Below, piece after piece: positions 39,097 to 50,072 of a stretch of DNA of 64,000 nt; the stretch's first letter is position 1; each line of letters starts with the position of its first letter. Location: positions 62,001 through 126,000 of the IMG/VR virus record IMGVR_UViG_3300025030_000041; one strand, written 5' to 3'. The notes beneath the pieces were generated by a model that was given only the letters and a program-made list of their open reading frames with translations, was not told the origin of the DNA and made no database searches. The translations under genes and the position numbers were made by a program.

Positions 39097-42000
39097 TAGT
39101 AAATGTTATTTTTCTAAGTAAAGTTCCTGTTGCTGGAATATCAATTGGAGTTAATATTGAAATATCTTTATTATATTTACATTTAATATCAATATCAAAA
39201 CTAAAAGTATTTTGGTCTTTTAAATAAATATCAAGGCCTATAGTTTTTCTATATTCAATATTTGTAATATTTCCAGATAGTCTATATCCTCCAACATATT
39301 CTAATTTATCAGAACACCTGAATTGATAAACAATTGGTATATTAATAGCATTATCTGTTCCAGATTCAACTACTCTTCTTGCAATAGACAAGTTATTTCC
39401 CTCTATTGATATATCTTCATACTTAGATGGCGCCATAAATAAATAAGAACCGCATGTGAATTTACCAACTAAATACTCGTCATTAGGAGAAAATCCTAAT
39501 TTAGCAGGATACATTGCAAAAGTAGTATTATTTGCCTCACTTGCATTATCTGGGCCAAGTGTGTCATAATACTCTAATTGTTGTTCAGAGCTACCCCCAA
39601 AATATCCAGACGAATCACTTATTGATGTATCAAAATTATACGCATGAGAAATCGGAATATATTTTTGAGTAGCATTTCCAGTAGTTGTATTATAATCAGT
39701 AAATACTGGTCTCATAAAATCATTCTTATCATCTGACCAATAAAAATTAGTATCTAAATTAGGCAAATCTGGATGGTCTTTATGTATAGAAAACTCTGTT
39801 AAATACCCTTGTCCAAGTGGGGTATTAACATTATTAATACCATTCCATATATTTGCATTAGTCATACTTCCAGTAAGAGGAAGGGCCGGGTTAAATGGTA
39901 AATAATGTACGCCGTCTAACGGTATTTTATGATTAGCATTAGCTGGATCAGACACCCCCTCATAGTTATATAGTGTATTGAATGGAGTTGAGGGTACAGT
40001 GTATAGATTATTATTTAATCCATAGCTTTTATATCTAGTATAAATAAATTGGCTCTTAGCGTGGTTAGACTGGTATGGCGCTTTAAACTTAAATCCATCC
40101 TTTGTAGTTCCATCAGATAGAGTTAGGACCGATAATGTAGTTAAATGATATTTACGTATACCAGTGTAATCTGGAGTAAGGTCATCACTAACTTGTTCGT
40201 CTATACCTCCAGTAACTCGGCTTATTAATTCTAATGGAGTACTTGAACTATTAGATATACTTATAATATATGTTTTAGTAATAATTTTACCGTGTTTATA
40301 GGTAGTAGTATTATCTATAGTTTGAGCAATTAAGTCCTTATAGAATCCTGCAAATAGACTAATAGTTTGTCCATTTTTAACTTCTATTATATTTCCAACT
40401 TCATCGGTTATTGTTACTTTAATAACTCCTTTATCTTTTTTAAGAGAAGTTTCTAATGCACTAATTCGGTCTTGCATTTCTTTAAGCTTATCATACAGAT
40501 TAATTACTATATTTTGATTAGTAGTAAATCCACTTGCTATATCTTCAGTCCTATGTGAATAATATTTATCTCCAGTTGTAAACGCGTTTAATACGTGAAT
40601 ATCTAAACTTCTCGCATTTAGTTCTTCTTGAAATTTAATTTGTATATCTTCAGCTTGAATATCTTTGCTAAGAACTGACGATTCTATTGTATTTTCTAAA
40701 TCATCAGGAAAAGGTATATTAACAGTATTAGACCAGTCAGATTCAATTGGATTAATTGGATAACCTGCTTCTGAAATAGACTTTATTCTTATTTCAACTG
40801 ATTCGCCTTTCGTAATTGGAATATCTAATTGGTTTATATTAACTGCCTGAGGGTCATCTACTTTTTCAGAAGACCATTCGTATTTACCAGTATTTTGATT
40901 AAATTCTTTTGCTCTTATTTTGGTAGTATATTCGTTCCAATTAGAAAAAAAACCAGTTCGTTCAGCCCCATCAGTATCAATAAACTTAAGTTGGTCAACG
41001 TTATTAGCTGTACCTTTTTTACTTATATATCTATATGATATTTTAAATTGTATAATTTCCTGTTTACCAACTTCAGTTTCTTTAGATCCTGGAATATTCC
41101 AAAACCCTCTAACTCTATATTTAGGGTCAGTCTGAAAGGTTGGAGCATTTTTAAGGTCTAATGTAATTTCTTTAACTAGAGTTGATACTTGTGTAAATAA
41201 ATTAGTTTTTTTAGTATTTAAATTAGTAATTGTATTTCTAATGTTTTGACGTTCCGACTCATTAGTTATTTCAGCAGTATTTAATTTAGCTTTATTAGTT
41301 TCAATTGTTTTATTTAATTCATTAATTTCGTTTTGTAATCTTTCTTTATTTGCGATTTTAGTTTTAAGTTGGTCATTATCTTTATTTTCTTTTAAATGGT
41401 TATTAATTTGTACAACTTTAAAATTATTCAAGTCTAATGCTGTAGAATCCGGAATTACCCCTAATATAGACGGAATATTTCTGTCTTTTGCAAAATTTAT
41501 AAACAATAATCCAAAGTCATCCACGAAATTATTATAATATGTATCTAACTTAGTAATACTGCCGTCGCTTAATGTAATAGATAAATCGTTAGAGTGAAAT
41601 GCTATACCTTTTGAATATTTATCAATTGTTAATTTTTGAGTTCTAGAAATTGGTTTAATAAAAATTATTTGTCTTTCGTTATACCCAATATTAATTTGTA
41701 ATTCTGGTATTCTTAAAATTACAGATTTAATAGTAAATACGTCTACTCCAATACTTGGAGTTTCTTTACCAAATACTCTAGTTAAAATAACAGTATTATC
41801 ATCCTTATTAATTGAATTAACTTTATATTCGGTCCCATTTGACGTAATTAATATATCGTCTACTTTTAAAGTTTTAGTATTTTCTTTCCCGTCTAATATA
41901 TCCGTGTAAGTTAACTTATCTAACTTATATTTAATACGAGTAACTGTACTAGTAGTTCCGTCAGCATTTGTTGTTATAATTTCTTCCTGAAATTTCTTTA

Positions 42001-42670
42001 ATACACTAAAATTACCACGTATTCTATTTATAGCAATTGATAAATCTACAGTCTCATCATCTGTAAAGAACTTTATATTTTGGCCATTTAAGTCATTTAA
42101 TAATTGGTTCAACTCAATATCAGTTTTACCTTTTAATTGAGTATCAAAATATTCTGAATCTGTTGTAGTATCTATTTTTACAATTATCCGTTTAACTGCA
42201 AAAGAATCAATTTCATTTATACTAGAACTTATATATTGGCTTATATCTAACGTAATAAATAATAGAGGATTTAAAAAAGATTCAAAAAACCAATTATTCT
42301 TAATTCTAAAATCAGTTGGTATACTGAAAGTTGAATCTTGTAATTTTTCTAAGTCTTTAATAACTTGATTTACTGAGTCGACTTTAAATTTTCTTACAGT
42401 TCCATCTTGAAACTGCAGTCCTATTGAGTTATCATTAATATTAATTAACTCTTCAATTTTATTATTTAAATTAGACACTTGATCTTTTAAATAACCAAAT
42501 GACGGTATATCTAAGGTTGCTGTAGTTCCATCATCTTTAGTATAATCAACTGACACAGTTTCATTGCTAGATATTAATGACGAATTTAATTTTTGAAAAA
42601 AACTAATAATATTTTTTTGTAATATTGCTAATTGTTTTAATGATTCTGATATTGAATTTTTTCCATCCAT
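39086..42670 (-). CDS. large putative virion protein with coiled coil (1194 aa)
   Basis: Long ORF overlapping the next gene. Confidence 0.7.
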   Translation of the reverse strand: MDGKNSISESLKQLAILQKNIISFFQKLNSSLISSNETVSVDYTKDDGTTATLDIPSFGYLKDQVSNLNNKIEELININDNSIGLQFQDGTVRKFKVDSVNQVIKDLEKLQDSTFSIPTDFRIKNNWFFESFLNPLLFITLDISQYISSSINEIDSFAVKRIIVKIDTTTDSEYFDTQLKGKTDIELNQLLNDLNGQNIKFFTDDETVDLSIAINRIRGNFSVLKKFQEEIITTNADGTTSTVTRIKYKLDKLTYTDILDGKENTKTLKVDDILITSNGTEYKVNSINKDDNTVILTRVFGKETPSIGVDVFTIKSVILRIPELQINIGYNERQIIFIKPISRTQKLTIDKYSKGIAFHSNDLSITLSDGSITKLDTYYNNFVDDFGLLFINFAKDRNIPSILGVIPDSTALDLNNFKVVQINNHLKENKDNDQLKTKIANKERLQNEINELNKTIETNKAKLNTAEITNESERQNIRNTITNLNTKKTNLFTQVSTLVKEITLDLKNAPTFQTDPKYRVRGFWNIPGSKETEVGKQEIIQFKISYRYISKKGTANNVDQLKFIDTDGAERTGFFSNWNEYTTKIRAKEFNQNTGKYEWSSEKVDDPQAVNINQLDIPITKGESVEIRIKSISEAGYPINPIESDWSNTVNIPFPDDLENTIESSVLSKDIQAEDIQIKFQEELNARSLDIHVLNAFTTGDKYYSHRTEDIASGFTTNQNIVINLYDKLKEMQDRISALETSLKKDKGVIKVTITDEVGNIIEVKNGQTISLFAGFYKDLIAQTIDNTTTYKHGKIITKTYIISISNSSSTPLELISRVTGGIDEQVSDDLTPDYTGIRKYHLTTLSVLTLSDGTTKDGFKFKAPYQSNHAKSQFIYTRYKSYGLNNNLYTVPSTPFNTLYNYEGVSDPANANHKIPLDGVHYLPFNPALPLTGSMTNANIWNGINNVNTPLGQGYLTEFSIHKDHPDLPNLDTNFYWSDDKNDFMRPVFTDYNTTTGNATQKYIPISHAYNFDTSISDSSGYFGGSSEQQLEYYDTLGPDNASEANNTTFAMYPAKLGFSPNDEYLVGKFTCGSYLFMAPSKYEDISIEGNNLSIARRVVESGTDNAINIPIVYQFRCSDKLEYVGGYRLSGNITNIEYRKTIGLDIYLKDQNTFSFDIDIKCKYNKDISILTPIDIPATGTLLRKITFTSGI

Positions 42671-42691
42671 TAAAAATTTTTAATTATTTTT

Positions 42692-42795
42692 TTAAACATA
42701 AACTTCTCATTTAACTATCTAAGTGTTCCTTCTAAACTTAGGAGTAAATGTTTCTTCTTCAGATATAAATTGTTCAAATAATTTATAAGTTGCAT
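42692..42795 (-). pseudogene. collapsed remnant of an LRR paralog
   Basis: Reverse strand reads MQL..LFEQFISEEE..PK, a LEG-like piece and terminal EVYV*. Confidence 0.75.
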
Positions 42796-42829
42796 ATTTA
42801 TTATTTATTATCGTCCTCTTAAATACTGA

Positions 42830-44788
42830 TTATCTAATATACCCAGGTATATCAATTAATAAGTTATTATTAGTAGTATTAGTCGGCGCAGTGTTTATAT
42901 TTGTTATATTATTGGTATTAGTTAATGATGTTATTTGGTCTTCTAATTCTATTATTTTAGTTTCTATAGTACTTTGTTTTTGAGTAAATTCATTTGAATT
43001 TTTAATATGGTCTTCAACTATACTAACGTTTGATACAGAATACCATCGTCCATGATAAATTATTGTTTCAGAATTGTCTTTTGAAATTGAAGTAATATAA
43101 AATGTATTATTAGAAGAATTTAAAATTTTTGTTGAATTATCACTTGTTATTTTAAATATAATTTCTCCTTGACTTAAATTTTCTTTAGTTGAATCATTAA
43201 TATTGGTAAATCTAAGTTTATTTTCAGTTGAATCAATAAATACTAAGTTTATAGTATTACCTAATGCTAAATTAGAAGGTATTTGTTTATTATTCTTTTT
43301 CTTATATATTTTAAATTTTATAACATTATCAAATGGATTTATAATCATCCATAGATTACCTTGTCCAAATGCAATTGTATTATTTTCATCTTTCTCCATT
43401 ATTAATAAATTCTCAGTAGCAACTGTAATATTATTATAATTAAAAAATAATGGCACAAATACATTTTGAGTTATAATTTCTGGAGCTGTTGAAGACCCTG
43501 TATTTTGTGTAGTTCTAATACTAGATTGTCCGTTAGTATTAAATGCAGTTTCAGTTTTACTAGGTTCTATAAATAATAAAGTTGACTCAAATTCTTTTTG
43601 AATAATTTTATTATATATTTTGTGACTTCTAGGAGCATCAGTTAATTCTATTTTTAGAATATTTCTACCCCATTTTTTAACGTCAAATGAACTATATGAC
43701 GCGCTTCGTATAATCTGTTCGCCATTCTTTTGGTTAACTAATCTTAATAAATAATCAATAGAGAAGCTTAGTGCGGTATTTCCGTATTTTAATATAGGCC
43801 TAAAAACTTGAGGTTCATCAAATTTATTTTCCTGAATAAACATCTGTTTAGCAGTATTAATAAATGCACTGCCAACTTGTTCAAATATTGATAGCTGATG
43901 TAGTACTATCCAGTTATTGCCAGAGGTTTCTTGATTTAATTTAGAAATAAAATCTTCTACGAATTGATCATTATATTCAGCAAAAAACTCTATATAATCA
44001 CCACCAGAAGAATCTTGTATAACAGCATTTAAATTATCAAATTGATCACTCTGTGTTATTTTAGTTTCTATATGGTCGTCTATTTTGAATATTTCATATA
44101 CAGTTTGGTCAGTTGTCTGTTCAATAATTTCTCCTATTATATCTAGAGTAATTATAATATTTGAATCTTTAATAAATCCTTTAAACCCAGATGTATTATT
44201 AGGAGTAATTTTAGCAGCAAAGGTTAAAGATTTAGTTAATGAGCTATAATAGTCATCATTAATTAGTTTAATAGCTGGTATTTTAATTTCTATATATTTG
44301 TCGAATATAACATCAGTTAAAAATATAGGTTTAGAATTAAAAATAATTAAATCATTAAATGTTTGTGGATATACTATAATGTTTGAAAATATATTAGGAG
44401 TTCCATCATTTTCAGTATTTCTTACGCCTAAAACTATTCCTTTATATGTATCTAAATTAAACCCACTCGCAAAATGATACCGTATTTTATCAACTGGAAC
44501 AGTATATCCATTGATTTCTGAATACTCTAAATTCGTATCATAGTCTAAATAATTTGGTACCTTTTCTAAATCTAAATAAGCTTGCTGATTATTTCCAAGA
44601 TGGACTGACGTAATATCTTGTATATTATTACTTGTAACAGAAGAGTCATTAAATATCTGATTAATTCCTAAATACTTATTCTTTAATACTATAAAACTAT
44701 CAGATATTTCATCTGGATTTAAATTTGATGTATATATATATTCTACTAACAAAAAGGGGGATAGCCTAACTAATCTAGATTTTGCCAT
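42830..44788 (-). CDS. putative virion structural protein (652 aa)
   Basis: Long ORF; context. Confidence 0.7.
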   Translation of the reverse strand: MAKSRLVRLSPFLLVEYIYTSNLNPDEISDSFIVLKNKYLGINQIFNDSSVTSNNIQDITSVHLGNNQQAYLDLEKVPNYLDYDTNLEYSEINGYTVPVDKIRYHFASGFNLDTYKGIVLGVRNTENDGTPNIFSNIIVYPQTFNDLIIFNSKPIFLTDVIFDKYIEIKIPAIKLINDDYYSSLTKSLTFAAKITPNNTSGFKGFIKDSNIIITLDIIGEIIEQTTDQTVYEIFKIDDHIETKITQSDQFDNLNAVIQDSSGGDYIEFFAEYNDQFVEDFISKLNQETSGNNWIVLHQLSIFEQVGSAFINTAKQMFIQENKFDEPQVFRPILKYGNTALSFSIDYLLRLVNQKNGEQIIRSASYSSFDVKKWGRNILKIELTDAPRSHKIYNKIIQKEFESTLLFIEPSKTETAFNTNGQSSIRTTQNTGSSTAPEIITQNVFVPLFFNYNNITVATENLLIMEKDENNTIAFGQGNLWMIINPFDNVIKFKIYKKKNNKQIPSNLALGNTINLVFIDSTENKLRFTNINDSTKENLSQGEIIFKITSDNSTKILNSSNNTFYITSISKDNSETIIYHGRWYSVSNVSIVEDHIKNSNEFTQKQSTIETKIIELEDQITSLTNTNNITNINTAPTNTTNNNLLIDIPGYIR

Positions 44789-44813
44789 TAAATATTACTA
44801 TACTTTTTGTTAT

Positions 44814-45623
44814 TTATTTTATTTTTCTTAAAAATGTAAATCCTACCATTTGATTTGTTGAACCTTCGATTAATATTATATTTTTTTGGTTAAACCAAAG
44901 TCCTCCTGCTATACTAATTATATTGGATTTATCTAAATTAAGTACTTTCTTGTACCCCACCCCTAATAATATAGAAAATTTCTTATTATCCTCTTGGCTA
45001 AACCGTTTTTTAGGAATTGAATTAATTTTAATATCATCTACTTTTAAATATTCAGGCCCTTTTAAATAATATTTCCATATACCGTCATCTTGCTCTGTTA
45101 ATACAATATCTAAATTAAACTTATTAAATACCCATTTACCTATTACACTATCAATCTTTATATTTTTATCAGCCCCAATAAAAATATAAGTTTTTCCATG
45201 ATATTCTATAAACCAGTCATTATTAAATTCATTTGATGGATATTTTGACACAAAATCAATTACTGAGCTACTCGAATCACTCTTTATATTTACCTTAATA
45301 TTTTTATCAATTTCATTTTTAAATGTTACTGCCGCATTAGAAATCATTAATAGTTTTTCATCATTCTTTTTTATTATTTTATAGAGGTCTTCGTTTTGAT
45401 TTTTAAGTTTATTCTTTAAATCTTTTTCAGTATTATATGAATCAACTAATTTTCTATATGACCCATCTTGTTCTTTAACTAAAGTGTCAAGCGATAATAT
45501 TTTTTTTATTAAAATATCATTTTCATCTTTCATATTAGTATTGTCACATCCTTTTACTAAAAGAAAAAATGCTAATCCTAATATTATTATGATATAAAAA
45601 GTCTCTCTGTTAAATATTTTCAT
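44814..45623 (-). CDS. membrane-anchored or lipoprotein-like protein
   Basis: N-terminal TM helix plus KGC, coiled coil. Confidence 0.65.
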   Translation of the reverse strand: MKIFNRETFYIIIILGLAFFLLVKGCDNTNMKDENDILIKKILSLDTLVKEQDGSYRKLVDSYNTEKDLKNKLKNQNEDLYKIIKKNDEKLLMISNAAVTFKNEIDKNIKVNIKSDSSSSVIDFVSKYPSNEFNNDWFIEYHGKTYIFIGADKNIKIDSVIGKWVFNKFNLDIVLTEQDDGIWKYYLKGPEYLKVDDIKINSIPKKRFSQEDNKKFSILLGVGYKKVLNLDKSNIISIAGGLWFNQKNIILIEGSTNQMVGFTFLRKIK

Positions 45624-45882
45624 TTTTATTAATTTTTAGTTCAACTATTTTTTTGTATAACTCGTAAATATTTTCAACTGGAAATTTAGAATTTAAAGTA
45701 TTATCATTTTTAATAACCTCTAATAATTCTTTTTCTTTTGTTCTATTATAGTCTAAATCTTTTAGAATACTCTCTCGTTCATTTGATAAAAGTTGTAATC
45801 TGTTTTCAACATCGTTAATGTCGTCATATATTTTATTATATTCATTTATAATTTCAAGAATTTGCTCAACTATTTTTTCCAT
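45610..45882 (-). CDS. hypothetical coiled-coil protein
   Basis: ORF. Confidence 0.65.
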   Translation of the reverse strand: MEKIVEQILEIINEYNKIYDDINDVENRLQLLSNERESILKDLDYNRTKEKELLEVIKNDNTLNSKFPVENIYELYKKIVELKINKNENI

Positions 45883-45897
45883 TTAAATATTTTATTT

Positions 45898-46866
45898 TTA
45901 TTTATTTTCACCAAATAAATTACATAGTTCAAACACTAATGCAACTAAATTTACAGCTTTATCCATTACAAAACTTCTTTTATATTGGTATTCTGCAACT
46001 TTAATAAGTACTTTATTTATAAGAATACCTTTACTTGGATATTCTTTTATTATAAAATCTATAAATTGATTACCTAATTTTTCTAAGCATGCGTCACTAT
46101 TTTTTGAATATTTACTAATTATAAATTGATAATTTTTTATAGTATCATTATTACTAAAAAGTATTAACTTATATAATTCGACATATTGTTCGTCTATTTC
46201 ATTACTTGTTATTAATGATAATAAATCAGTGGAGCCACTATTTTTAAGTTCTTGTATTTTATTTAAAGTTCGTCTAAAGTCTGGAAAATTAGTTTCAATT
46301 AAATGATTTAGGGTAATACTATCATACTTTATATTAAATTTAGATAAAATTATTTTCAAAGTTGATACCCATTTATCTTTTAATTCATTTTTTTCATTAT
46401 TATCAATTGAATCAAAATTAATTGGGGTTAACCTACTTTTTATTTCAGCGGGTATTTTATTAATATTATTACATGTTGCGATGAACCGAGTATATTTACT
46501 ATATGTTTCAATAGTCGCTCTTAAACTTGCAAAAAAATTAGCACTTCCATACTCAGCTTCATCTAAAATAACAACTTTTATATCTGACTTTTGATCAATG
46601 CTTCTATTTTTACAAAAATCTATTATTTTTGTTCTTACTGTTTCAACAGACGACTCGTCTGAAATATTTAAATATAAATTATCATAATTAGACGCTAATA
46701 TTTTAGACACGCTAGATTTGCCTGTACCAGGACCGCCATATAATAATATATTTTGATTTAATTCTTGGTCTAAACTTGATATTATATTTTTAACCCTAGT
46801 TGGAAGTATTAATTGAGATATTTGTTTAGGCCTAAGTTTTTCTGTTAATAGTTCTTTTATTATCAT
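45898..46866 (-). CDS. sliding-clamp loader ATPase (gp44 / RFC small subunit)
   Basis: EKLRP, GGPGTGKS, VILDEAE, FIATCN, KSRL. Confidence 0.92.
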   Translation of the reverse strand: MIIKELLTEKLRPKQISQLILPTRVKNIISSLDQELNQNILLYGGPGTGKSSVSKILASNYDNLYLNISDESSVETVRTKIIDFCKNRSIDQKSDIKVVILDEAEYGSANFFASLRATIETYSKYTRFIATCNNINKIPAEIKSRLTPINFDSIDNNEKNELKDKWVSTLKIILSKFNIKYDSITLNHLIETNFPDFRRTLNKIQELKNSGSTDLLSLITSNEIDEQYVELYKLILFSNNDTIKNYQFIISKYSKNSDACLEKLGNQFIDFIIKEYPSKGILINKVLIKVAEYQYKRSFVMDKAVNLVALVFELCNLFGENK

Positions 46867-47258
46867 GTTTTTTTTAATTTGTGGGATTTCTCTAAGACAC
46901 TATATAAGTTTTTGTTTACAAATCTTTATAATTTTTTCATTCATAGTATTGATTTTATTATAGTTTAAACATATATATATATATATATATATATAATAGT
47001 TATAAAACATTAAAACGATTTTATAACAACAAATATATGTTATTTAAGTATTTCATCTGTTGAATATCCTGTTAATAATAAGCTTTTTATTTCCAACCCA
47101 ATCATTCGTAAAAAAATTAAAAATGCTCTCATATTAGGCTTTCCTTGTTTTACAGTCTTCCAGTAATTGTTAAAAATGTATTTCAATGTAATAAACATAT
47201 TTTTAATTTTTTAGTTAAACACAAAGTTTATACCAAACTGTTAGGTGCATTTTTGTTT

Positions 47259-47741
47259 TCAATTTTTTTTGCCAACGCTCTTAAAAAGTTCGTTATACTT
47301 TGAAACCGTTACTTCTTCACAATCCTTTGGTATTTTAACATTCCATTTTTCATCAACGATAAAGCCGAAATATTCCTTATTGTTTTGAGCAAATCCAATC
47401 GTTTTAAATGGCGCACCATCAAATCCTATACATTGGTTTAATTCATCAATAGTAACTCTCATCGTAGCATCTAATTTGGCTTGTATTTCCTTCCCTGCTT
47501 TTGTATTCATTCTTGGTAGCCACTCGTTACCATTTACTTTTTTGAATACTTTCTCATCGGGTTTATCCTTAAATATTAAGGATGAAAAACCCCCCCACAC
47601 AAGCCAATAGCCACCTCGCCATTGATCAAAACCGATTTCTTTTGCAATGGCTTTATCTGCTTTTAATACTGCATCCGCTTTTTCGGATATTACTTGGAAT
47701 TTATTCCCTGTTTCTGATGTTTTTTTTGTTATAAAGTGCAT
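47259..47741 (-). CDS. hypothetical cassette protein
   Basis: ORF, higher GC, ends near site 47240. Confidence 0.75.
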   Translation of the reverse strand: MHFITKKTSETGNKFQVISEKADAVLKADKAIAKEIGFDQWRGGYWLVWGGFSSLIFKDKPDEKVFKKVNGNEWLPRMNTKAGKEIQAKLDATMRVTIDELNQCIGFDGAPFKTIGFAQNNKEYFGFIVDEKWNVKIPKDCEEVTVSKYNELFKSVGKKN

Positions 47742-47845
47742 ATCATTTATTTTAAATTGTTATATAGTCGTGTTCCAATCAAACATTCGTGGTAAATTGA
47801 ACGAGAGAAAAGAAAACAGTTTTGACACCCCGCTTAATGATTTAA

Positions 47846-48364
47846 TTATCCAAATCTAATTCTTCCATTAGGGTATTTAATCCAAAACTTTTTTATTTCT
47901 TCAATGACGGCATCTTTTCCTATTTCAGACAGTGAGTATACCAAAAATATGTCATTATTTCTTTTCTCAAAGAAATCCAATGTTTCTTCTAAAGATAACA
48001 ACTCATCATCTGGATATTTTCCTATTCTAAATATATCATGTATTCCATCAATGCCTTTGTAAAAACTATTATTTTTTTCACAATATTCTAACCTTAAAAC
48101 ATCTTGTGAATGATGTAGAGTAGCCAATTTACAAAGCCGTTTTTCAACTCTGCTATAAATTCTTTTTAATACAGATAAACAATATTTAGAATTTTCTATT
48201 GTTTTGTCATCAAATAAGAATTTCTCATCTTCTAATAATTTATTGTCAATGTGTCTTTCGTAATAACCCATTTTTTTACTTAAATGTATTAAATACTTTT
48301 CTCTTACTTCTTCATAAGAGGGTTGAATTTCTAATTTATTTGAAAACCAAGTATGACATCCCAT
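47846..48364 (-). CDS. hypothetical cassette-region protein
   Basis: ORF MGCHTWF. Confidence 0.75.
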   Translation of the reverse strand: MGCHTWFSNKLEIQPSYEEVREKYLIHLSKKMGYYERHIDNKLLEDEKFLFDDKTIENSKYCLSVLKRIYSRVEKRLCKLATLHHSQDVLRLEYCEKNNSFYKGIDGIHDIFRIGKYPDDELLSLEETLDFFEKRNNDIFLVYSLSEIGKDAVIEEIKKFWIKYPNGRIRFG

Positions 48365-48526
48365 ATTTTTAATCGTTTAATTATTTCCTTTCCTAAAAAT
48401 GTTTTATTTTTTCTTCTGCTCCGAATGAATTGTAGTGGAAGCTCCTGCTGCTAACAAAGGATATAAGAAAGTAATTTTTTCTTGTCTATTTTTAATGGTA
48501 AAAAATTCCATTCTCATATCCTCATC

Positions 48527-48643
48527 GTTATATTTAATACAAAAATAATAAAAAGTTTTGATATATTATAGAGCTTAGTACTTTATTTTTGTATTAAATA
48601 TAACGAGTAAATATAATTAATTGATAATCAATCTACTAAATTA
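48527..48643 (-). repeat. promoter cassette copy 4 (perfect 22-bp terminal IR)
   Basis: gttatatttaatacaaaaataa / ttatttttgtattaaatataac. Confidence 0.9.
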
Positions 48644-48688
48644 TTAAATTTATTGAGTATATAGTTTTAAATAAATAAATAACATAAT

Positions 48689-49384
48689 ATGAAATATTTT
48701 TATTCTTATATTGAATTTATTAATGAAAGTTTAAGCAGTGATACTTTAAAATTTGAAAAAAAATATAGTATTAAACTTGATAAAACTATTGCATTAGAAT
48801 ATTTAGACGTTTTAAATAAAATATTTAATTTATTTGATTTAGCATATATTAATTCTATATTTTCTAAAATTACATTTTTAAATTTAGGAGCCATCCACGG
48901 CGAATACGACCCATATAGTAAAGCCTTAATTATTAATCCAAAAATTTTTAAATATAAAAAGCATTATGGTACTAAAGATAATAAATATCCGTCGTATATT
49001 CACACTATAATACATGAGATCGGCCACGCGATTGATAATTATAAATTGTCGTTATCACCAGATTGGCTAGCTATTTCAGATTGGAAAAAGCATTCAATAG
49101 AAAATCAAGTTCCAAATGAGTATTTAAGATACACTGAAAAACGAATTGGTAGAACAACTGATAACTTAAAATTAGATACGTCAGACTGGATTTATAAAAA
49201 AAATTCTAGCTTTGCTAGAGAATATAGCAAAAAAAGTCCAATGGAAGATTTTGCTGATTCGTTTAGTTTTGTAATACTCGGGTTTGATGATAAATTCAAA
49301 GGTGATACTGGCCAACTAAAATTAAAATATATAAAAAATATTTTAAAAGATAAAGTTAAAAAAGAAAATTTAAAGGAGCTTTAA
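48689..49384 (+). CDS. zinc metallopeptidase-like protein
   Basis: HEIGH and EDFADS. Confidence 0.75.
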   Translation: MKYFYSYIEFINESLSSDTLKFEKKYSIKLDKTIALEYLDVLNKIFNLFDLAYINSIFSKITFLNLGAIHGEYDPYSKALIINPKIFKYKKHYGTKDNKYPSYIHTIIHEIGHAIDNYKLSLSPDWLAISDWKKHSIENQVPNEYLRYTEKRIGRTTDNLKLDTSDWIYKKNSSFAREYSKKSPMEDFADSFSFVILGFDDKFKGDTGQLKLKYIKNILKDKVKKENLKEL

Positions 49385-50072
49385 TTCAAATAAATTAATA
49401 TTGAAATGTTTTTAGTATGATAAAGCTCGCAATTTTCTAATTTAATTAGTAAAGTTTCCATTATTTTTATTTTTAGTTAAATTTATAAATTTAATTAAAA
49501 AAGAATGTAGGATTACTCCATTAATGCAGACGGCATACTGCGATTTTTATTTTATAACTCAACCAATATAGTTATTCGCGCCGTGTTTATTTTTATAATT
49601 AATTTCTTGTTAATTCAAAAATACATTCTTTTTATTTAAAAATTACGCCAGATACCCATATTAATATAAACTCTAACCACTATAATCTACTACGGTAGAG
49701 ATGTTTGCAAGTTGTCTCATATAGAACTGAACCTATCAGTTTTGATAAAGCTATTATTTAAGATAATAAACTTATTGCAATCATTATTAATGGGGTTTCA
49801 AATAACTACATGTTTAATAGTGTAAAAATAATAAATTCTAGCGATATAAAAAATAGTTTTTATAACTATTTGACAATTAGTAAATTAAAATTTAGAGGAT
49901 TGGCTTTCTTGGTATATTGTTATTAATAGTGTTATAACTTGGCATTTTTGAACATCGTCTAAATTAGAATTAATAATGAACAATTCAATATCATTTAGTT
50001 TATTTTCAGAAAAATTTGTATTTTTCTTGAAATTATTAAATAGTTTTTTCCATTCCATTGTATTACATAGTT

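Larger units (their letters stand above)
46900..48643 (-). mobile_element. solo integron-like cassette array D (minus strand)
   Basis: Promoter cassette 48527-48643, hairpin 48452-48530, GTTA 47240, mini-body 46999-47027, (TA)12 site and stub ORF 46900-46944. Confidence 0.8.
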
